Of a stretch of 64,000 nt of DNA, positions 60,593-64,000 are shown one piece after another; position 1 is the stretch's first letter, and every line of letters begins with the position of its first letter. A program made the position numbers and the translations under genes. The stretch spans positions 14,590,439 through 14,654,438 of the forward strand of contig NC_052169.1 of assembly GCF_902713615.1 (NCBI RefSeq), in the 5' to 3' direction. This stretch comes from Scyliorhinus canicula (Eukaryota). A model generated the notes under the pieces. The model was not told the origin of the DNA. It searched no databases and was given only the letters and a program-made list of their open reading frames with translations.

Positions 60593-61024
60593 CCTATTAA
60601 AAAAATGAATTATAAAAAAGTCCTCCATTTAAGCTCTCCACCTCCTTCCCTCTCTCTTCTCCATTTCATTGCTCCTTAAACCTACCTCTTTTACCACGCT
60701 GTTGATCATCTCTTCCAGCAGCTCTTTCGTTGACTCGGTACATACTTCATTGGATAACACTGCCGTGAGGCAATTTGGAAAGTGTTACCATGGTGAAGGT
60801 GTCATAAAAATGGAAGTTGTTGCTTTATTTAGGTCACCCAATCAAGCTTATCTCGACCTATCTGCCATCTCTGAAAAAGGAACCTGGTCTTTGCCTTAAA
60901 AAGTCAACAACACTGGTCTCGTTGTTTAAACTCAAGGCCGCCCGGCCTTGCGGTCAGCGGTAAGGTCGAGGCCCAGGCTGCAGCCTGACCATTTGGTGCT
61001 GCAGTTTTAGGCACAGGATGCAAG

Positions 61025-61255
61025 CATCTGGTGGCGCAGTGATTAGCACCGCCGCCACACAGCGCCGAGGACCCGGGTTCGATCCCGCCCCAGGTCACTG
61101 TCCATGTGGAATTTGCACATTCTCCCCATGTCTGCGTGGGTCTCACCCCCACAACCCAAAAAGATGTGCAGGGCAGATGGATTGGCCATGCTAAATTTCC
61201 CCTTGATTGGGAAAAAAAAGAATTGGCTCCTCTAAATTTATATACTTTTAAAAAA
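61025..61255 (+). mobile_element. Short V-SINE subfamily
   Basis: Head, short V-domain and A-rich end. Confidence 0.82.
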
Positions 61256-61394
61256 GGATACAAGCATCCACAAAGAGTCACAAAGAGCGGGTCGAGGCAC
61301 CCTTACCCAGTATGGCCTACATGTGACTCCAGACCCATAGCAATGTGGTCTTAAATGCCCCTCCGAAATGACCTAGCAAGCCAGACCGTTCAAG

Positions 61395-61710
61395 AGTGGC
61401 ACTGTGGTTAACATGTCTGCCACCACAGGTTCAATTCCGGCCTCGGGTGATTGTCTGTGTGGAACTTGCGCCTTCTCCCCGTGTGTGCGTGGGTTTCCTC
61501 CGGGTACTCCGGTTTCCTCCCACAAGTCCAAAGATGTGCAGGTTAGGTGGATTGGCGGTGCTAAATTTCCCCTCAGTGTCCAAAAGGTTAGGTGGGGTTA
61601 CGGGGATAAAGTGGGCGGGCACGGGCCTAGGTAGGGAGCTCTTCCAGAGGGTCGGTGCAGACTCGATGGGCCAAATAGCCTCCTTCTGCACTGTAGATTC
61701 TATGATTCCA
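61395..61710 (+). mobile_element. V-SINE
   Basis: Head, V-domain and tail. Confidence 0.82.
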
Positions 61711-61994
61711 TGAAGAATTAGGAGTAGGCAATAAGTGCTGGTTCTTCCAGTGATGCCTACATCCTCTGAATGAATGAAAAAAATAGCTTGATGACCTTTC
61801 ATTCTATCTCTCCCTCGCCACATGTGCTCCAGACCTGCTGGGTATTTCCAGTTCTTTCTGCTTTTATTTCAGATTTCCAGCCTCCACAGCATAAATCATT
61901 ACTTGCGTTGTCAGAATTATAAGGGTGTGTGAATTCGACACCAAATGTTTGCTCCTTTGGATTCAAGCCGTCCTGATTCATTCTTGAAGACTCT

Positions 61995-62161
61995 GGGCTG
62001 GATTCTCCGTTCCCCAAGTCGTGTGTTTGCCTGGGGGGGGGGGCAGGGTTCAGTCTTCCCGCCGCTTGTCAATAGAATTTCCCATTGAAGCCACTCCACG
62101 CTGCCGGGAAACCCACGGGCGGGGGTGCGCTACCAGTCCCAAAGGCCGGAGAATTCAGGCC
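61995..62161. mobile_element. Harbinger-like MITE with TSD
   Basis: 14-bp TIR GGGCTGGATTCTCC / GGAGAATTCAGGCC (2 mismatches), flanked by TCT on both sides. Confidence 0.75.
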
Positions 62162-62667
62162 TCTGTAACCCTCTTCAGTTGACTAGGCCTCTGCTCAACT
62201 GGCCATGACCTTGCGAGTCTTTCGGGTCAACATGAGAGAATCTTCGCCTCCCAGCCATGTAAATAGACCAGCTTGGTCGCCTATCAAGAAAGGTGACTTC
62301 TGGAGCCCTGCAAGAGGGTCAATGATGTTCTTTCATCAATGCCTGCTGACAAGTGCTGTGAGGATATGAGAAACGAGCACAATAAGCACACAGGAACAGA
62401 TTGGTGTCTTCACTTGGGCAGTTTCCCAGAACTTTGGCTGTCAAGTTTTCACAACTGGTGCAATAAATCAAAAGATACTAAAGGTTTATTCATACTTAAT
62501 TTTAGATTAAATTTCAAGAGCAGGAACAGGGGCAGGGACAAACTGGTCAAAGGGAAATTCTGGGCACAGATCAGGAAGCTCTTCTCACACACACACACAA
62601 ACACACATACAGGAAAGGATGTCCCGAAGTGTGGTACATTGGCGAGACCACGAAGGCGCTGCGACAA

Positions 62668-63264
62668 TGAATGAACGGACATCGCGCGACAATCACCAGC
62701 CAGGAATATTCCCTCCCAGTCGGGCAACACTTCAGCAGTCAAGGGCATTCAGCCTCTGATCTCCGGGTAAGCGTTCACCAAGGCGGCCTTCAGGACCCGC
62801 GACAACGCAGAATCGCCGAGCAGAAACTTATAGCCAAGTTCCGCATGATATACCTTCAATTCACAGTGAGGCAGAGAGAGCGAGTGAACAGTAGGCTTTA
62901 TTAGTCATGAACTTGCCTAGCCAGAGTCAGTAGAGTGCGGCCTCAACCGGGACCTGGGATTCATGTCGCATTACATTCATCCCCCGCCATCTGGCCCGGG
63001 CTTGCAAAATCCTACCAACTGTCCTGGCTTGAGACATTTCACATCTCTTTAACCTGGGGTTACCCCTATATCTGCATCTGTAAAGATTTAATAACCTGCA
63101 AATGCTCACTTTCTAAGCATTGTCTGGCATCTTTGACTTTATCTATATATGTGTTTCTGGAACATACCTCTTCATTCACCTGAGGAAGGAGCAGTGCTCC
63201 GAAAGCTAGTGTTTGAAACAAACCTGTTGGATTTTATCCTGGTGTTGTAAGACTTCTTACTGTG
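62668..63264 (+). mobile_element. Penelope-like element 3' end (family A): GIY-YIG C-terminus and terminal repeat
   Basis: MNGHR..LPVGQHF..GHSASDLRV..QRRIAEQKLIAKFR, an insert of about 90 bp, then ECGLNRDLGFMSHY, then the hammerhead-bearing repeat. Confidence 0.85.
63177..63211 (+). ncRNA. Minimal type I hammerhead ribozyme motif
   Basis: CAC-CUGAGGA-A-GGAGC(AGU)GCUCC-GAAA-GCUA-GUG; helix I CAC/GUG, palindromic AGCU helix III. Activity untested. Confidence 0.65.

Positions 63265-63267
<3 letters not shown>

Positions 63268-63307
<40 letters not shown>
63268..63307. repeat. (CA)n microsatellite
   Basis: Seen directly in sequence. Confidence 0.95.
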
Positions 63308-63309
<2 letters not shown>

Positions 63310-64000
63310 TGTAGAGAGTAGACTTCCAGTTACAGTCCCAAGGAAAAACCTGGGATCACTGAAGACACGATTCAATGCTGTGGGGAAGAGAGTGCAGTTT
63401 AAGGGTGCTTGCTGGATTAAGTTAGATGAGCTGAATCTGTAAGGACTTTGGATAGCAGAGATCTATTATTAACCCCCTTAAGAAATCGAACATTAAAGCA
63501 AAGCCCTGGAGATGCTGATATAAAGATCTGAAATAAAAAGAGAAAATGGATTAATTGTGGGTATGGAAGCCTGTTTGTTCAGTGGCCATTTTTTTTGCAG
63601 CAATTCAGCTCAGCTGATGGAAATTTGCGACTGAGGAGAGATCGGATAGGCGACGGTTGTTTTCCTTAGAACAGAGGTGACTAAGGAGTGTCTTAATTCA
63701 CAATGAATAGCACTTAGGGAAATGTCAGCAAAGAACTATGCTGAAGCTGCTCAAACAGATGCTACACCAGCTGGCCTGTCAAACAAAGTAGTCCAGCAGA
63801 GTATTTTCTCAAACAATCACTGACAGAGGAGCCAGTTTGTATTTAAAGAGGGGCAGATTTTTTTTAAACTCCAGATCATGACAATTAAACGGGTCTTCTC
63901 CACCCTGTTTACATCTATTTCATAAAATCATAACCTCCACAGTGCGGCATCTGAGCAACCCCACACCTCCACCCTGTCCCCATAACTCAGTAATCCCACC

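Noticed and set aside
1-64000. CRISPR array, rRNA or prokaryotic systems
   Set aside because: No regularly spaced repeat-spacer array or rRNA sequence; the window is intron-rich vertebrate DNA.

Overview
This is vertebrate genomic DNA, almost certainly elasmobranch (shark): it is dominated by HE1-type V-SINEs, CR1 LINEs and a SacSINE1-like DeuSINE. The only host gene I can support is CD276 (B7-H3) on the minus strand. Its IgV exon (38325-37984) and IgC exon (33774-33478) have canonical AG/GT sites and are both phase 1-1. A CpG island at about 49.4-49.8 kb is a candidate promoter and non-coding first exon. I could not locate the signal-peptide, transmembrane or cytoplasmic exons. The rest is largely transposon-derived: more than 30 V-SINE copies, several other tRNA-SINE families, CR1 and Rex1/Babar LINE pieces, solo LTRs, an hAT MITE with an 8-bp TSD, a decayed PIF/Harbinger transposase with a related MITE family, and Penelope-like (GIY-YIG) remnants. 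Three observations stand out. (1) The Penelope terminal repeats carry minimal hammerhead ribozyme motifs, one of them inside a perfect 74-bp-arm palindrome with a 13-bp TSD. (2) One SINE 3' tail reproduces the 3' hairpin of the Rex1/Babar LINE with a compensatory base-pair change, and two different SINE heads share it. (3) Three SINE-LINE tail partnerships can be read in this one window. Repeat boundaries were read by eye and are approximate unless a TSD or TIR is quoted.
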